A stretch of 64,000 bases of DNA from positions 808,001 through 872,000 of the forward strand of contig MU057781.1 in assembly GCA_013265495.1 (NCBI GenBank). The letters run 5' to 3'. Shown in pieces: positions 24,251 to 37,080 of the stretch (positions within the stretch are counted from its first letter, which is position 1; each line of letters begins with the position of its first letter). Position numbers and translations under genes: made by a program. The notes under the pieces were generated by a model. That model saw only the letters and a list, made by a program, of their open reading frames with translations. It ran no database searches and was not told where the DNA came from. The stretch comes from Vicugna vicugna. Lineage: Eukaryota.

Positions 24251-25892
24251 GTCTGGCCTCTTCGGCCTGCCCCCGGTGGCTGCACTGCCCCAGGCCCAGG
24301 ACCCCCCTGTCAACGGCTGCCACAGCCTGGCCCCCACGGAGAGGGACATGGAGGCGATGCAGCTGGGGACAGGCCCCGCTCCACCGCCCTGTGGGGACCG
24401 GCCCCCTGAGACCACGTGCCCTGAGCCGCCCCCGCCCCTCATGCCACCGCTGCCCACCGGAAGCCTGCCCCCATTCCCGCCCTACTTCGAAGGCGCCCCC
24501 TTCCCTCCTCCACTCTGGCTGAGAAACACGTACCGCCAGTGGGTGCCACAGCCGCCCCCCCGGGGCATCAAGAGGACGCGAAGGCGCCTGTCCCGCAACC
24601 GTGACCCGGGCCACCTGGCCCTGAGCCCCATCCGCCTGCGGCCACGCCAAATCCTCTGTGAGAAGTGCAAGAGCACCCTGAGCCCCCCAGAGGCCAGCAC
24701 CGGTCCCCCGGCCGCCCCTCGGCCACGCCGGAGGCTGGGCAGCGGCCCGGGCCCCGACAGGGAGTCCCGCAAGTCCGAGGACCCCGACGGTGGGGGTGAT
24801 GCCGCGGCTGCTGTGAAGAGGAGCAGGCGGGAGAGACAGGAGGAGGCCAGGGCCCGGGTCCCGCGGAGCCCCGTCATCAAGATCTCCTACAGCACGCCCC
24901 AGGGCACTGGCGAGGTGGTGGAGATCCCCTCCCGTGTGCATGGCTCCCTGGAGCCCTTCTGCCCCCCACAGGCCCCGCACGGCGGCGGCCAGGACCCTGA
25001 GGTGCCAAGGGACAGGCCACCCAGTGGGGCCCCCGCCTCCATCCCCAAGCTGAAGCTGACTCGGCCTGTGCCCCCCGGCACGGACCCGCTGCCCCCCAGG
25101 ATCCGCCTGAAGCCTCGCCGCGTGGGGGCCGGTGAGCAGGAGCCCGTCTACAGGGCCGAGCTGGTGGACGAGCTCAAGGGCCCCGGGCGTGGCCCCCGGG
25201 CCGGCTCCCCTGCCCCCCTGGCCGCCGGCCCTGCCCACCAGGGGCTGGTGGACTTGTCTTCCGGAAGTTCCGGCGAGGACGACGGCTGCAAGGGGTGCCC
25301 CCGGGGCAAGCACGGGCGCCATGGCCTGGCTTTGCTGGCCGCCGGCCCCCCACGAACAGGCTGTGCTGGCGAGTCTGTGTGGAGTGGCGACAGCCTGGAC
25401 GAGTCCAAATCGTCTGGCTCCGAAGTGGCGTCACCAGACCCGTGTGACCTCTCGTCCGGCGACGGTGTGTCCCTGCCGTCCTCGTCCTCGTCCCAGGATG
25501 CACGGCCGACGGTCCCGCCCCTCACGGTCAGGCTGCACACGCAGAGCGTCTCCAAGTGTGTGACCGAGGACGGAAAGACTGTGGCTGTAGGGGACGTCGT
25601 GTGGGGTAAGGTTCATGGCTTTCCTTGGTGGCCAGCGCGTGTCCTGGACATCAGTCTTAGCCAGAAGGAGGACGGGGAGCCCTCCTGGCAAGAAGCGAAG
25701 GTTTCGTGGTTTGGTTCTCCGACTACATCGTTCTTGTCTATTTCAAAACTCTCCCCTTTCTCTGAATTTTTCAAACTGAGATTTAACCGTAAGAAGAAGG
25801 GGATGTATCGGAAAGCTATAACAGAGGCTGCCAACGCCGCGCAGCACGTGGCCCCGGAAATCAGGGAGCTCTTAACCCAGTTTGAAACGTAG
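24251..25892 (+). CDS. PWWP2B: PWWP2B coding exon 2 (Pro/Ser-rich region and C-terminal PWWP domain); full protein 588 aa with exon 1
   Basis: Acceptor ctttctgtctccccactgccag|G. The ORF contains VGDVVWGKVHGFPWWPARV...VSWFGSPTTSFLSISKLSPFSEFFKLRFNRKKKGMYRKAITEAA. 125+1642 nt = 589 codons including the stop. The exon continues to a donor CAG|GTGAGT at 25908/25909, 16 nt after the stop. Confidence 0.97.
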
Positions 25893-27207
25893 CTCGGTTC
25901 CCGCCCAGGTGAGTGTGTGCACGGAGGGCGGCCTCTGTCCGGCTGCCCCCGCCATGTCTGCGTCTGGGCTGACCCTCTGCCCTGGGCCTCAGGGAGCTAG
26001 GGGCAGGCGGGTGCCCCTGGCCGTCTGGCTCTGACGGGGGTCATCTGGAAAGCCATCCTGCTTGCTGGCTGTGTGGCGCTCTGAAGGCAGGCCAGCCGTC
26101 GGTCACTTGTCCAGATAGTGGAGTCCATGTGTGTTTTGCGGCCATTTTTCAAAGGGCCGTCAAAGGTCTCCTTACTCTTCCTCTAGCCTTGTGGAGGAAG
26201 GGATGCATTTTAAAGATGGACGTTTTGGTGGAGGGGTGGGAGTGAGCACAGGGCGGGGCTTCCTCTGGTGCTCTCCTCCCAGGCAGGAGCTTGCCCTCCC
26301 CAACCCGTCCAGGGGTCTGACTTTGCAGGAAGGGGAGGGTCACTGCGCTGCCTGCCCTCAGATGTAGCTCCTACAGCCCAGCCCTGACCTCCTGGTGCCG
26401 GAGTGGGCTCCCCTCGTCAGTGACCCGTGGCTCCTGGACCTCGGTGCCAGGTGCTCCGGACTCCTGGAGGGGCCCTGGGGTCTGTCCCCGGGCCAGTGCC
26501 TCGTCCTCCGTCTCTCCCCCAGGAGACCTTTGTGGGCTCCCCGGCACAGGCCTTAGACGGAGCCTCCGTGGGGTTGGAAGCATCACCGTGTGCAGTTGCC
26601 GTGTCACCAGGTGGGTTTGGGGCGTCACCACATGGCATGTCTGGTCACCTTGGTGGGTATCAGGAAGCAGCCGAGGGGCTGAGGCCGCCTGCTGTGAGCC
26701 CCCCGGGCCCCGAGACGCAGGGAGATGCGGGGCGTGTTCTCCTCTGACGCGGCCCGGCTCTGGACCCTGGGCAGCAGGGTGTGTGCGGCGGGTCTCTGGC
26801 CCTGGCGGCGACTCTTCGCAGGGCTAGCTCCCCCTGCCCCTCCCTGGTTGGTTCTGTGCAGGCCGTGGGCTGGGAGGTGCCAGCTGCCGGGGTGGGGTCC
26901 CTTGTGGGTGGGGGCTACCCACAGCCTCTCCTGGCTCCGTGCCCACAGACGCAGAGATGGGGGTGCTGTGCACAGAGGACGAGAGCGGTCGTCCACCCCA
27001 GCTGGGCCTCTGCCTTCATCTCCCGACCTTCAGGTGACCTTGTCTGGCCTGGCCCGCCTGCCCTCCCACCTGTCCAGTACCAACTGCCCAGGTGACAAGC
27101 CGTCAGGCCCGGGCAGGGCTGGGGAGGGGTTTTGTGGGGTGCCTGGAGCCCCTCACTCCTGTGCCAGGTGCAGCCGTCCAGAATTGAGGAAGCTGTGATG
27201 AGAGGTG

Positions 27208-28365
27208 TGGTGGCCCCACACCTGCCTGCTCCTCCCAGGCAGTGTCCGGGGGTCCAGGACCACCACCAGGCCCCCACCAGCCACTCACACTCTGCCGAGT
27301 GTCTGGGTGGGGGTCACTGGTGGGGTCACCACCAGGGCTCTTGAGGCCTTGTCCCCTCCCCTTCCTGTGTCACCACCTGAATTGCTCCCAGGTGGTGGGC
27401 ACAAACTTCTCTCACAGACGAGGCACATCCCTTGTCAGTGTGGACTCTGTACTGGGACGTGGGCCTGCCACTGACCTAGTAGAGTCGAGCCAGCGAGGGT
27501 CTCAATCAAGGGCACTCCGTGGGGGGGTGGCCAGCTCACCTGAGCAGGGTGGGGGGACCAGAGGACATCTGTATGCCTTCCCAAGGTGTCTCTGTGCTTG
27601 GCCTGGCTAAGGGAGACGCCCTGGCTGCGGCCACACCCTGCTGGCCTGGGGACCACCTTGGGGCCCTGCCTCCCTGCGCCCTTTGCTGCTCCCCGCCCAG
27701 CCCCTCTGCTTATGGGGCCCAGCCCACCTTTGGCCTGGCCTGGGGGCTGGCGTGAGGGGTGGGTGGCCCTCCTCGCCCTGTTGTGTGGGGCCTGGGGTGG
27801 GCAGGCAGGGAACCCGGAGGCTCAGTCAGGGCTGGCTCTGTTTATCAGGAAGCAGAGGAGGAATCTCACCGGACAGGTTTGCCTGCTGCAGGGCCTGGGC
27901 CTCGGACAGGCCCCTTCTGGCTCCTGGGACTTCGCCCAGGCCGCCCCCAGCAGCACGTGGGGCTCGGAGCGCGGGGGCGGGGGCTCCTCGGCGCCAGGAC
28001 TCGGGGTGGCTCTGTCTGGTGGGCTTTTCGGTTTTGTTTTTGAGGATTAAAGACTGCGCTGAGGTTTGAGCCTGCCAGGCCGTCGATCCGCTGGCGTCAG
28101 GGAGCTGGGGTCGCCCACTCTGGGTGGGTCGCTGGTCCCCCAAAGCCAGCCATGCTGTTGGGGGCCGCCCCCCCTGTCTGCCCCTTGAAGACAAAGCTGG
28201 GAGCCTCCTTCACTGGGGAAGGTGGGCTTCCCCAGTCGAGCTGAGGGCTGTGGGGCTGGTGCGGGAGGAGGGTCTCGGCAGAGTGTGAGTGGCTGGTGGG
28301 GGCCTGGTGGTGGTCCTGGGCCCCTGGGCACTTCCTGGGAGGAGCAGGCAGGTGTGGGGCCACCA
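27208..28365. repeat. Inverted repeat, 92-bp arms (27208-27299 and 28274-28365)
   Basis: By manual alignment the arms are reverse complements at 88 of 92 positions. Confidence 0.95.
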
Positions 28366-30749
28366 GACCCCCAAAGGGAGAGCTGGGGGGCAGACATGGG
28401 GCCTGGAGCTTGGGCTGGGAGGCCTACTGGGGAGGGTGGTCCTCCAGGCCCTGCTCACAGGCGGCCCCGGCCTGGCCTGGCTGGCCCTGCAGCCACCTGA
28501 GACAGCTGAGGCACTGCCAGGGCACCTCAGGATTTGGGGGTGTCTGTGCCGCCCACAGGTTGTGTTGGGAGAGTCCCAGCAGAGCTGTGGGACCAGGCCC
28601 CTTCCAGGGATGTGTGCCCAGCACTCTGTCCCCGAGAGACCCCTCGCCCCCTTTGCAGGGCAGTTGGAGGCTCAGCGGAGAGGTGGGTGCCCACATGGAT
28701 GTTCTGAGACTCGGGGTGCTGAGAGGGGCCAGTGGGGCCTGGCTGGCTCACCATGGGGGACCTGGGCACCCTCTGGGGGAAGGCCTGGCCTCCAGGAGCA
28801 GACACGGGCGCCCACCCCGCCCTGGCCCCAGGGGCTGGCGTCTCTGATCCTGTTTCCCCACCTGCCTCGTGGTGCCAGCGGCACCCGCCTCGGGGTGGGT
28901 GGTGAGTGGGCTATTGGCAGCCACCGTCCTGGCTCTGTTTCCTGGACCCCCTCCCCTGTCCCCCGCCACGGGTCGGTAGGCCCCCACGGGCGCCGGCTGT
29001 CAGGGTCACAGGTGGGCCCCCTGGGTGGGAGGGGTCGTGCCCCTGGTTGGCTGGGCAGGTTCCAGAGGCCTGCCGGTCAGAGGTGAGGGCCCTGCAGGAG
29101 CCAACTGAACTGGCCTCGTCCTGCAGGTGGGACAGGGACACCCCAAGAGTGCAGGGCCGGCCCCCCCGCCTGACAGTTGATGGTGACTCCTCCCGGGGGT
29201 GACGTGAGCCTCAGGGCCTCTTCCTGTCAGACCTGAGGTCACGTCCTTCTTTCCCCAGTCCACCCGCCGAGGGCTGAATGCTCTGCTGCCTGGGGGACAG
29301 AGGGTACACAGAATCACTGAGGCCCTCGCCTGGGGGGTTGGGGAGAGAGGCTGGGAGAGGGCTGTGACTCACGGCCCCCAGATCTGTGCGTAGTCACGCA
29401 CAGGAATGTGCTGCAGGGTCAAGGCCTCTTAGCTGAGTGCCTGGTGAGGAAGCTGATTTGGATTGGGGATCCGGAAAGGCTTCCTGGAGGCGGTGACTCG
29501 TAGCCGAGATTAGAATGGTGAGCTATCATGAGCTAATCGGGTGGGGCAAGGGTCCAGGAAAAGGAGCGCTGTGGGCCAGGGCCTGTGGCAGAAAGAGGGC
29601 CGGCATCTTCTGAGGGGCCAGGGGTGGAGCCCAGCGTGGGCCTGCTGGGCTGAGGCCTGACTCTGGCCTGACCCAGGCAGTAGGTGTGCACTGGAGACGG
29701 GTGGGTGGTCCTGAGGAGGAAAGACCCTGGGCTGCGGGACAGCAGTGTGATGGGGCCTGGAGGCCGGAGGAATCCAAAGAGGACGGAGCTTAAACCCAGA
29801 CGAGGAGTCAGTCGAGGGCGAGGAGTGAAGGCAGAGCAGCGGGCCAGAGGCCAGTGGGGGTGGGCGGGGCGCTGAGAGCTCTGAGACGTGGGGGCCACCA
29901 TCCCCTTGCCGTGGCAGGGGTGCTCCCGGTGCTGGCGTCTGAGGTCTGGGTCTCAGCTGAGAGGTGTCTCAGGGTCCAGCCTCACTGGAGAGGTGGGCTG
30001 AGCTGTGGGTTTGTGGGACCGCCTAGGAGGACGATGCCTTGTGGGGGTGGGGGGCAGTGCGGGAGGGGGTCCCTTGGAATGGCGGTTCGAGCAGGGAGGC
30101 TCAGAGCAGTGGAGAGGCGCATGGAGGTGGCCAGAGGCCTGAGGCCCAGCGGGAGCCCAGGCAGGAGGGCTGGACGGAGGGTGGGCGGCGCTGGCGGGTC
30201 CTGTGGAGAGGCGGGCGGACCAAGGACCCCAGGGGAGGTGGTGCGCACACACGGATGGGGCAGGGGATCACCCAGCCTGCGGGCACCACAGCAGAGAGGG
30301 CAGGAGGTGACACAGCCATTGGAGGATGGATGGTCATCGGGAGCTCACCCAGAGCCCGCCCTGCAGGAGGTGCAGGGACAGGGGTCCTGGGAGCCCCGAC
30401 AGCACCTTCCGTGCCACCTCTGGAACCTGGGGTGCCTCCCAGCAGGGAGAGGCCAGAAGGCTGCCCGGTGTCCCAGCCTCTCAGCCCCGGGAATCCACAG
30501 GCTCTCCGTGAGCGGGAAGGGCCCAGGGCTGAGGTCCAGCCTCCCGTGGAAGCAAGGCGGCCCCAGCCCCTTCCCTCCCCGCCCGAGTGGCCCGGCTGCT
30601 GGCAGGCAGGAGACTTTCAGGGCTCACACAGCAGAGCCGCCCTCGCCGTGAGCAGCTCCGAGCTCCAGGCTTTCTGCTTCACTGAGGGAGGGGCAACCTT
30701 GGGCTGAGCCTCCCTGGCCACTGGCACAGATGACCTCGCACTAGGCATC

Positions 30750-31090
30750 TGGAAGCAATGGAAATGTATTCTCCCGGCTCCTGAGACCAAAGCCCCAGAT
30801 CAGAGCGCCAGCAGGGCTGTGCACCCCGGAGGCTCCAGGCGAGGGTCCTTCCTGCCTCTTCCAGCTCCCGGGGGCTTTGGAGTTCCTGGGCTTGGAGCCG
30901 CGTCCCCCACCTCTGCCCCTGCTGTCCCGTGGCCACCTCTCCAGTGTTGACTCTCTTCTGCCTCCCTCTGATGGCATTTGTGGGCCACCTGCTTAATCCT
31001 GCATAATCTGCACATCCCAACGCTCTTAACTGAATTGCACCTGCCACAACTTTCCCACAGAAGGTATCTTCCTGGTCCCAGGGTCGGGCC
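30750..31090 (-). mobile_element. MLT1C/D-like LTR
   Basis: gaaatgtattctccc...ggaggctccaggcgagggtccttcctgcctcttccagctccc...taatcctgcataatct matches recalled MLT1 motifs. Confidence 0.75.
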
Positions 31091-34000
31091 GTTTGCCCCC
31101 TGCCGCCTCCGTTCCCTCAGCAACTCCATTCGGGCGCCGTGCCCGCCTCAGGCCCCCAGCGCCTCCTAGACAGAGGGCCACCTGGGCTCAGGGAGGGGCG
31201 CTGGTGGTGAAGTGAGCTGGAGCCTGACCCCCGTCCCAGGAGGACGCGTGCACAGGCTGGGGTCCCGGTGGCGCCAGGGCCACGTCCGACTTTCAGCTTC
31301 GTGGTGTGACTGCTCCTGGCGGGTGAAGGCATCAACCCGGAGACCAGCCCGGAAACCAAGCAGTGTTGCCCGGACGGCACTGTGCCTGGCGGCCGGCCCG
31401 CGCCCAGGCGGCTGTGAGCGTGGGGCTTGCTGGCCACGGAGGTGGAGGCAGCCGGATCCGGGCTCCAGGCTCTGACTTTCCTGGTGTGTTTCTTCCCTTT
31501 AGAACAGGATCCTTGAGCTGATGCCCCAAACCGGCTTTGTCTCTTCCAACTCTAAATAAAAACGTGCTTCTGCTTCTAAAGACGGGCTTTTCAACTGGCT
31601 TCCCGCGTTGCTCGCAGGGAATTCAGGTCCTCTGGGAAGGTGCTAATTATTTTGTTCCAGAGGAAACTAAGGCCTGTAATTCTGAGCCTGCTGCGGGGGC
31701 TCAGGCCCTACCTCTCACTCCCGGGGCCGTCCCTGCGGCCGCCCCAGGTGGGTGTGGGCGGCGAGGTGGGAGCAGGACACAGCGCAGGGACACAGGGCTG
31801 GGTGTCCCCAGTGGCTCTCCTGGGGTCCGTGCCAGGGTGCAGGACTTCTCCCAGCCTGGGGGAGGGCTGCGGGCGTCCGTGCCTGTCTGTGCCTCCGTGG
31901 CCAACTGCAGCCCCTCCTGCTGGCGAGACGCGTTAAAGTCAGGGAAGAGCCTGCTTAGCCAGAGAGCCCCCCAAGCCTCCCGCCAGCTCCAAATCCCCGT
32001 CCCTGACCCCATCCTGCTTCTGCACTCTTGGACAGGGCACCCGCCCAGGGTCAGGGCCCCAGGGCGCACGGGAGGGTCCCCAGCTCTGCAGTCCTGCGTC
32101 CTCGGATGTGGGGGGGACCCCTCCACAGAGACAGTGGTCCCTCAGCTGCCCTTGGGGGGCCCTTCTCTCCCGGCGACCTACTCTGCTCCTTAGAAATCCT
32201 GCAGCTACTCTGGCCGCTTGTAGATGTGGCCTTACAGGAAAGAAGGACAGGTGTCCGAGTGGGTTCCCAACACCCGGAGTGGCCAGGGCGTGCCTCGTAA
32301 AGCGTAGCTGACCCCGTTCATCTGTGCGAATGTCCTTTGTGATGCTCAGGTTGCCCCTCCTTTGGCCGGCAGGCTCATGGCGCCTCAGTCCTCAGGCCGC
32401 AGAAGTCCCTGGCCGCCGCCCTGCTTTCCGCCAGGACTGGGGTTCCAGCTGCCGTGGGCACTTCTGGCCCAGGCCCGGGGTCAGCCGTTTCCCAGGCGTG
32501 CTGGGCCCCCACAGGGGGGACGCCTGCTACTCTGGGGCTCACTGTTTGCAGGTCGGCTCTTCACACTCTGGAATTTCTGTTTTAAGAGAAAGGAGCTCAG
32601 GGCTTCACACTGATTTTTCTGATTCAGGTTTTTTTACCTCAACTTTCATATTTGCGTCTCTATTCTCTGATGCTGAAAATCTGGGTTCTTAGTGACATTA
32701 ACACAATTACTAACTTCACACGTAAGAGCCGATAAATGTCAGGCATTTTATATATAGAATATACCACACGCGTAATCATTCCAGGTAGTGATGCCACCGG
32801 TGTGCCGTGGGCAGTTGGCGGGGAGACGCCCGCTCTCCGTGCAGCCTTTCCAGCCTGGGCCCGCCCTTCCGGTCCACAGCCAGCGCCTCTCTCGGCGCTG
32901 CACGACCTCACGCACCGCTGGGGTCATTGATTTCATTTTCTTTCCAATCTAGAGATTCCTTTACATTGTGATTTGTGTTGCGTGATTCCGCGCACGTTTC
33001 CGAGGGTCCCAGGTCGATTGTGTGCCGCGTCCGGCTCCTGCACGCCGAGCTCCCGGCACAGGCTGCCTTCCCGCTGTGTTTGCGACACAGGCAGACACAC
33101 GAGCGCCCGCCCCCAGGTTCAGGGCCAGCTCTCGCCCGGCCCGGCCTTGGCTCCGTGTGCCAGAGGGGCAGTGCCCACCCGCTCTGTGCCCGCCAGCCGC
33201 GCCGCCTCGGGGGTGGTCTCCCGGAGCACCCTGTGCACGGCCGCGTCCGCGTGTTCTCCATCCTGGCTCCTTCACAACCCGCTCCTTTGTTCTCTGTTGC
33301 TCTGTTTGGGGTCCTCTTTGAGGAAGTAAGTCCCTGTGCACTCAGACCCATGTGCTGCCCGGCCTGCGGTAACGCAGGTGGAGGCCTGGCCTACGGGGGC
33401 CCGGGCCAGGTCAGGGTGCTGGGCGCCGCCCCTCCCCGGCAGGAGCACACACCCTGCCTGGTTCGGGTTCATGGTGCTCCACACACCGGGCCACGTTGCC
33501 AGGAGGGGACTGTGGCGCAGGGTTTCCTCCCAGGCCAGGCTGTCCCCTGTGCAGCCGGTAGCCCCTGGCCTTGGAGAAGCCAAGCTGGATGCCTGGCACC
33601 TGTCCACCCGCTTCCCAGCTGTGGAGGACAGGACCTGTGAGGACAGTCAGGCCCCAGGCAAGTTGGCATCTGCCCTGTAGTGTCTCTGGGTTAAGAGTCC
33701 TGAGCTGGATGGAGGCTTCCACCCCTGGGTCTACACAGCAGATCTGGATGGAGTGGGTAGTGCCGTCTGGAAGACGGCGCTGCCTCGGCCTCTGGACCAG
33801 GAGGTTGGGCACGTGTCGACCCTCCACGTGTCCTGGGAAACCACACCAACAGCCTTCCAAGGCTCCATCCTGGAGGAGCTGGCATTCCTGGGACTTGTCC
33901 CCTCCCCTGTGACTGGGCCGGAGTCTCACCAGACCTGGTGCAGCCTGGGTGTGGCTCAAGGCACCACAGGACCAAGCAGGTGACTGGGGAGGCGGGTGCT

Positions 34001-37000
34001 TGGGGGCCCCGGCCGTCGCCTGGCTGGGTCGAGGCTGTGCTCTGGCTTGCCCCGAGAGCCATGCTGGAGCTGCAGAGCCAGGTGGCCGGGCCCTGCGTGC
34101 TGGCTCGTGGACGGCCGTGTGCCTGCAGGGCTCTGGGGCTGGACATGGAGTCCCCACCCAGGCCACGGGTGGCCTTTGCATGGCAGGGCTGTTGGTGGAC
34201 GCCTGTGGAAGGCTGGGTCGTAGGGGGGTCTCCCTGGCTGCCGGGGGCCTCGCGCCAGCTCTCTGCCCGAGGATGTGACATCAGTGATGCCAGGCCACGG
34301 CCACCTTCCTCTGCTTCCTTTTTTGTGACGCTTGATGGTTCTCACTGCCAACTGTGGCCGCTTCATCTCTGCTCGTGAACCACACTGACGTCACCAGTTT
34401 CGGGGGGGCTGTGGTGAGGGAAAGGCCTTGTGGGTCTGGTCTTGTGCGGAGAGCAGCAGGCCTCCCTGTCTCGCGGGGCCCAGGCACTGGAGGCACCACC
34501 GTCCTTCCTGCCCGGAGGTGCCCGTGGCCCAGCCCCGCTGTGGGGGAGGGGCCCCTCCCAATGCCCCGTCTCCTCGACCAGCCCCCACCTCCCCCATGAG
34601 GAAGCGAGCCCAGGGTGCCTGGTCAGTCCAACCCTGTCAGGCATGGCCTGGGGGTCGCTTCCCAAGCCCACAGCACCTTCGTGGGGAGATCCAGCTCTGA
34701 TTTTGCGGACGAGATGCATCAGCGTGGCACCCGTGCCAGAGGCCCCCTCCTGTGGTGCCTGGAAGCTTCCCATTACACTGCGGCAGGGGCAGTGGGGACC
34801 GCAGACAGCGGGGAGTCTCATTCAGTACAGGTGTGTTTGCTTCCAGTTCTAGGAGGCCTGTGGCTCCAGCATCATGGCTCCGTCCCCAGACCTCTGTGTT
34901 CCAGGGCAGCTATGGGGCCACATGGCCCTGTCCCTTCCAGTCAGGGCTGGGGGTGGCCCTGGTCACTGGGGTGCCAGCGACTTGGGCCGGGCAGGGCGAC
35001 CTTGGCTGACCCTTACTGCAGGGCTCCTGGTGGTGGTCTCGGGGCCCAGCAGGGGACACTGCTGGAGAGGGACGCAGCTCCCCTGAGATCAGCCTGGGTC
35101 AGCGAATGGCAGACAGGGAGGAGAGCCATCAGCGCACTGCAGGGGGAGGGTGGTGTGGTGTCCACCTCTGGGGACATGACAGGGCGGTAGGGCCCCCAGC
35201 CAGGACTGGGCTGAACAGCACTGGATGCCTCCCTGGGAGGGACATGGCTGAGGAGGGGCGGGGAGCCTTGCTGGGCGGTGGAGTTGGTCCCCGGCCAGGG
35301 GGGGTGTCTTCCTGCCCGGGAACCCCCGGGAAAGACGCGCTCTTCTCTAGACGACTGCCAGCCGCATCTCTGCGGTGATCTTGTGTCTTTTCTGTCGTTT
35401 CTAATTGGGGTTGGGGGGCCAGCAGGGCTGGGGCGCTCTGTGGGGCTGCCCAGGTGGTCGTGGTGAGGGACTGGGACCATGGCCTGAGGGAGGGTCCCCT
35501 GGAACATCCCATAATTAAAGAGGGGTGGGGGTGGGAGGAGAGAAGTGAGGCGGGCAGAGGTCCCATCTCATCCTCGGGGACTTTTCCCTGAGCTGCTCCG
35601 TTAAGAGGAAAGTACAGGGAAGTTCTGCGTTTGTCTCCAGGTTTGTGAGAACACCACGGAGGCCTAGGCCGGCGGGAGGGCAGGCGAGGTGGACAGACGT
35701 GTCCCCCGCGGGCGGGAGAGGCCTGTGCGGGTGTTTTCTTAAGGAGGACCGAGGCCCATCTCCAAAGGAGGGGCTTGGACAGCTCACTCATCCGCACACC
35801 CTGTGTGCCTGCCGCGATACGTGGTTGGCTGGGATTTGAGCCCCTTCAGACCCCGAGACAACCGATTCCAGGAGGTGTTTGAGTCTCCGGTGCGGCTGAG
35901 CCCAGCCCGCGCTGGCGGCTCTGCTGGTGGTCTCCGCAGACCCCGGCGGCCCTCCTCCCCGGGCCACGCGTGGGCTCCTGGTGATTGCGGAGGTTTGAGA
36001 GGGACCCCCTGCGGGGCCGAGACCCCTGCCCGGCGTGGCGGTCGCCCGGCTGGGGTCTGTGCTCTCGCAGCTGCCTCCCTCTCTGGGAGAAGGAACGGGC
36101 AGACGTGTGGACAGGCTGCGAGCCTGGCGACTACAGCCCATCTTGCTGTTCAGGGCCTGTGGCGCTGGACCGAGGGGGTGGAGCCTTGTGATTTGGAGAC
36201 ATGGCCACTGGCTCTGGTGCGGGACTCCCATGGGTGCCCCTGGCAGTCTGGGCCGGGCGGGTACCCCGCCGGGCTCCGTGGGGGGATGTGTGGGTGCTGC
36301 AGGGGTGGAGCCCCCAGGGCTTCCCGAGGAAGAGGCTCCTCGCCTGTGGGACCCTGTGTTCTCTCGGCCTCTCACCTGCACCGCCTCCTCCGAGCTCCCT
36401 GACCCCGAGTCTTGGGGAGTCGCGGTCCTGTGCCCGACTCTGGGCACCCAAAGGAGGACACACGCGCACCCCCCCCACGTGTGTGCGTGCACTCGGCCCC
36501 GGCCCCCACGGCTGCGGTCACCGCTGCCCTCCCGCGGTCCGCGCCCTCCACCACCCGTCCCTCTCCTGCGGCCTCTGGCCGGGGGACTCGGGGGTGGGAG
36601 GGTCCAACAGCCAGCGCAGGCAGCGAGGCTGTGGCCTGGTGTCTGGCCTGTTCTGGGGCATCTGCTGGGAGGGACGCTCAGGGTCTGGAAGGGCCCGTCC
36701 CCAGGGCTGGCATTTGGGGGTGACATTTGGCGGCTCAAACAATCAGTTTGGGAGGAGGCAGTAGGGAATTCCAGAGCAAGGTCCAGGATTATGTTTATGG
36801 TTTTGGTCTTTCTTTGCCAAGGGCCCAGGGAAACCTGCTGCCGGCAGACACGGCAGAGCCCCTCCCAGGGCCGAGCGTGTGCCCGGCCCCAGCAGTGGCC
36901 AGATGGGCTGTGGGCCACCCCATCCTGGCGCTGACCAGCAAGACAGACTCGGACAGCTGTCTGTGCTAGACCCCGAGTTGGGGGCCCCAGACTGGGGGGT

Positions 37001-37011
37001 CTGATCCTCAG

Positions 37012-37080
37012 GTCAGGGTTCTGGGTCCCAAGTCAGGGATCTGGGTCCTGGGTGAAGGTTCTGGGCCCCAGGTCAGGGTG
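37012..37080. repeat. ~20-bp tandem repeat, about 3.5 copies
   Basis: gtcagggttctgggtcccaa / gtcagggatctgggtcctgg / gtgaaggttctgggccccag / gtcagggtg. Confidence 0.75.

Noticed and set aside
24033..25322. 429-aa antisense ORF over PWWP2B exon 2
   Set aside because: Expected shadow of a GC-rich CDS; low-complexity G/A/R/P content with no domain.
35788..36934. Overlapping long ORFs (376 aa minus, 299 aa plus), and similar ones at 13.4-15.9 kb, 42.8-43.8 kb and 49.1-50.0 kb
   Set aside because: Open in several frames at once, P/G/A/R-rich, with no recognisable motifs; attributable to GC content.
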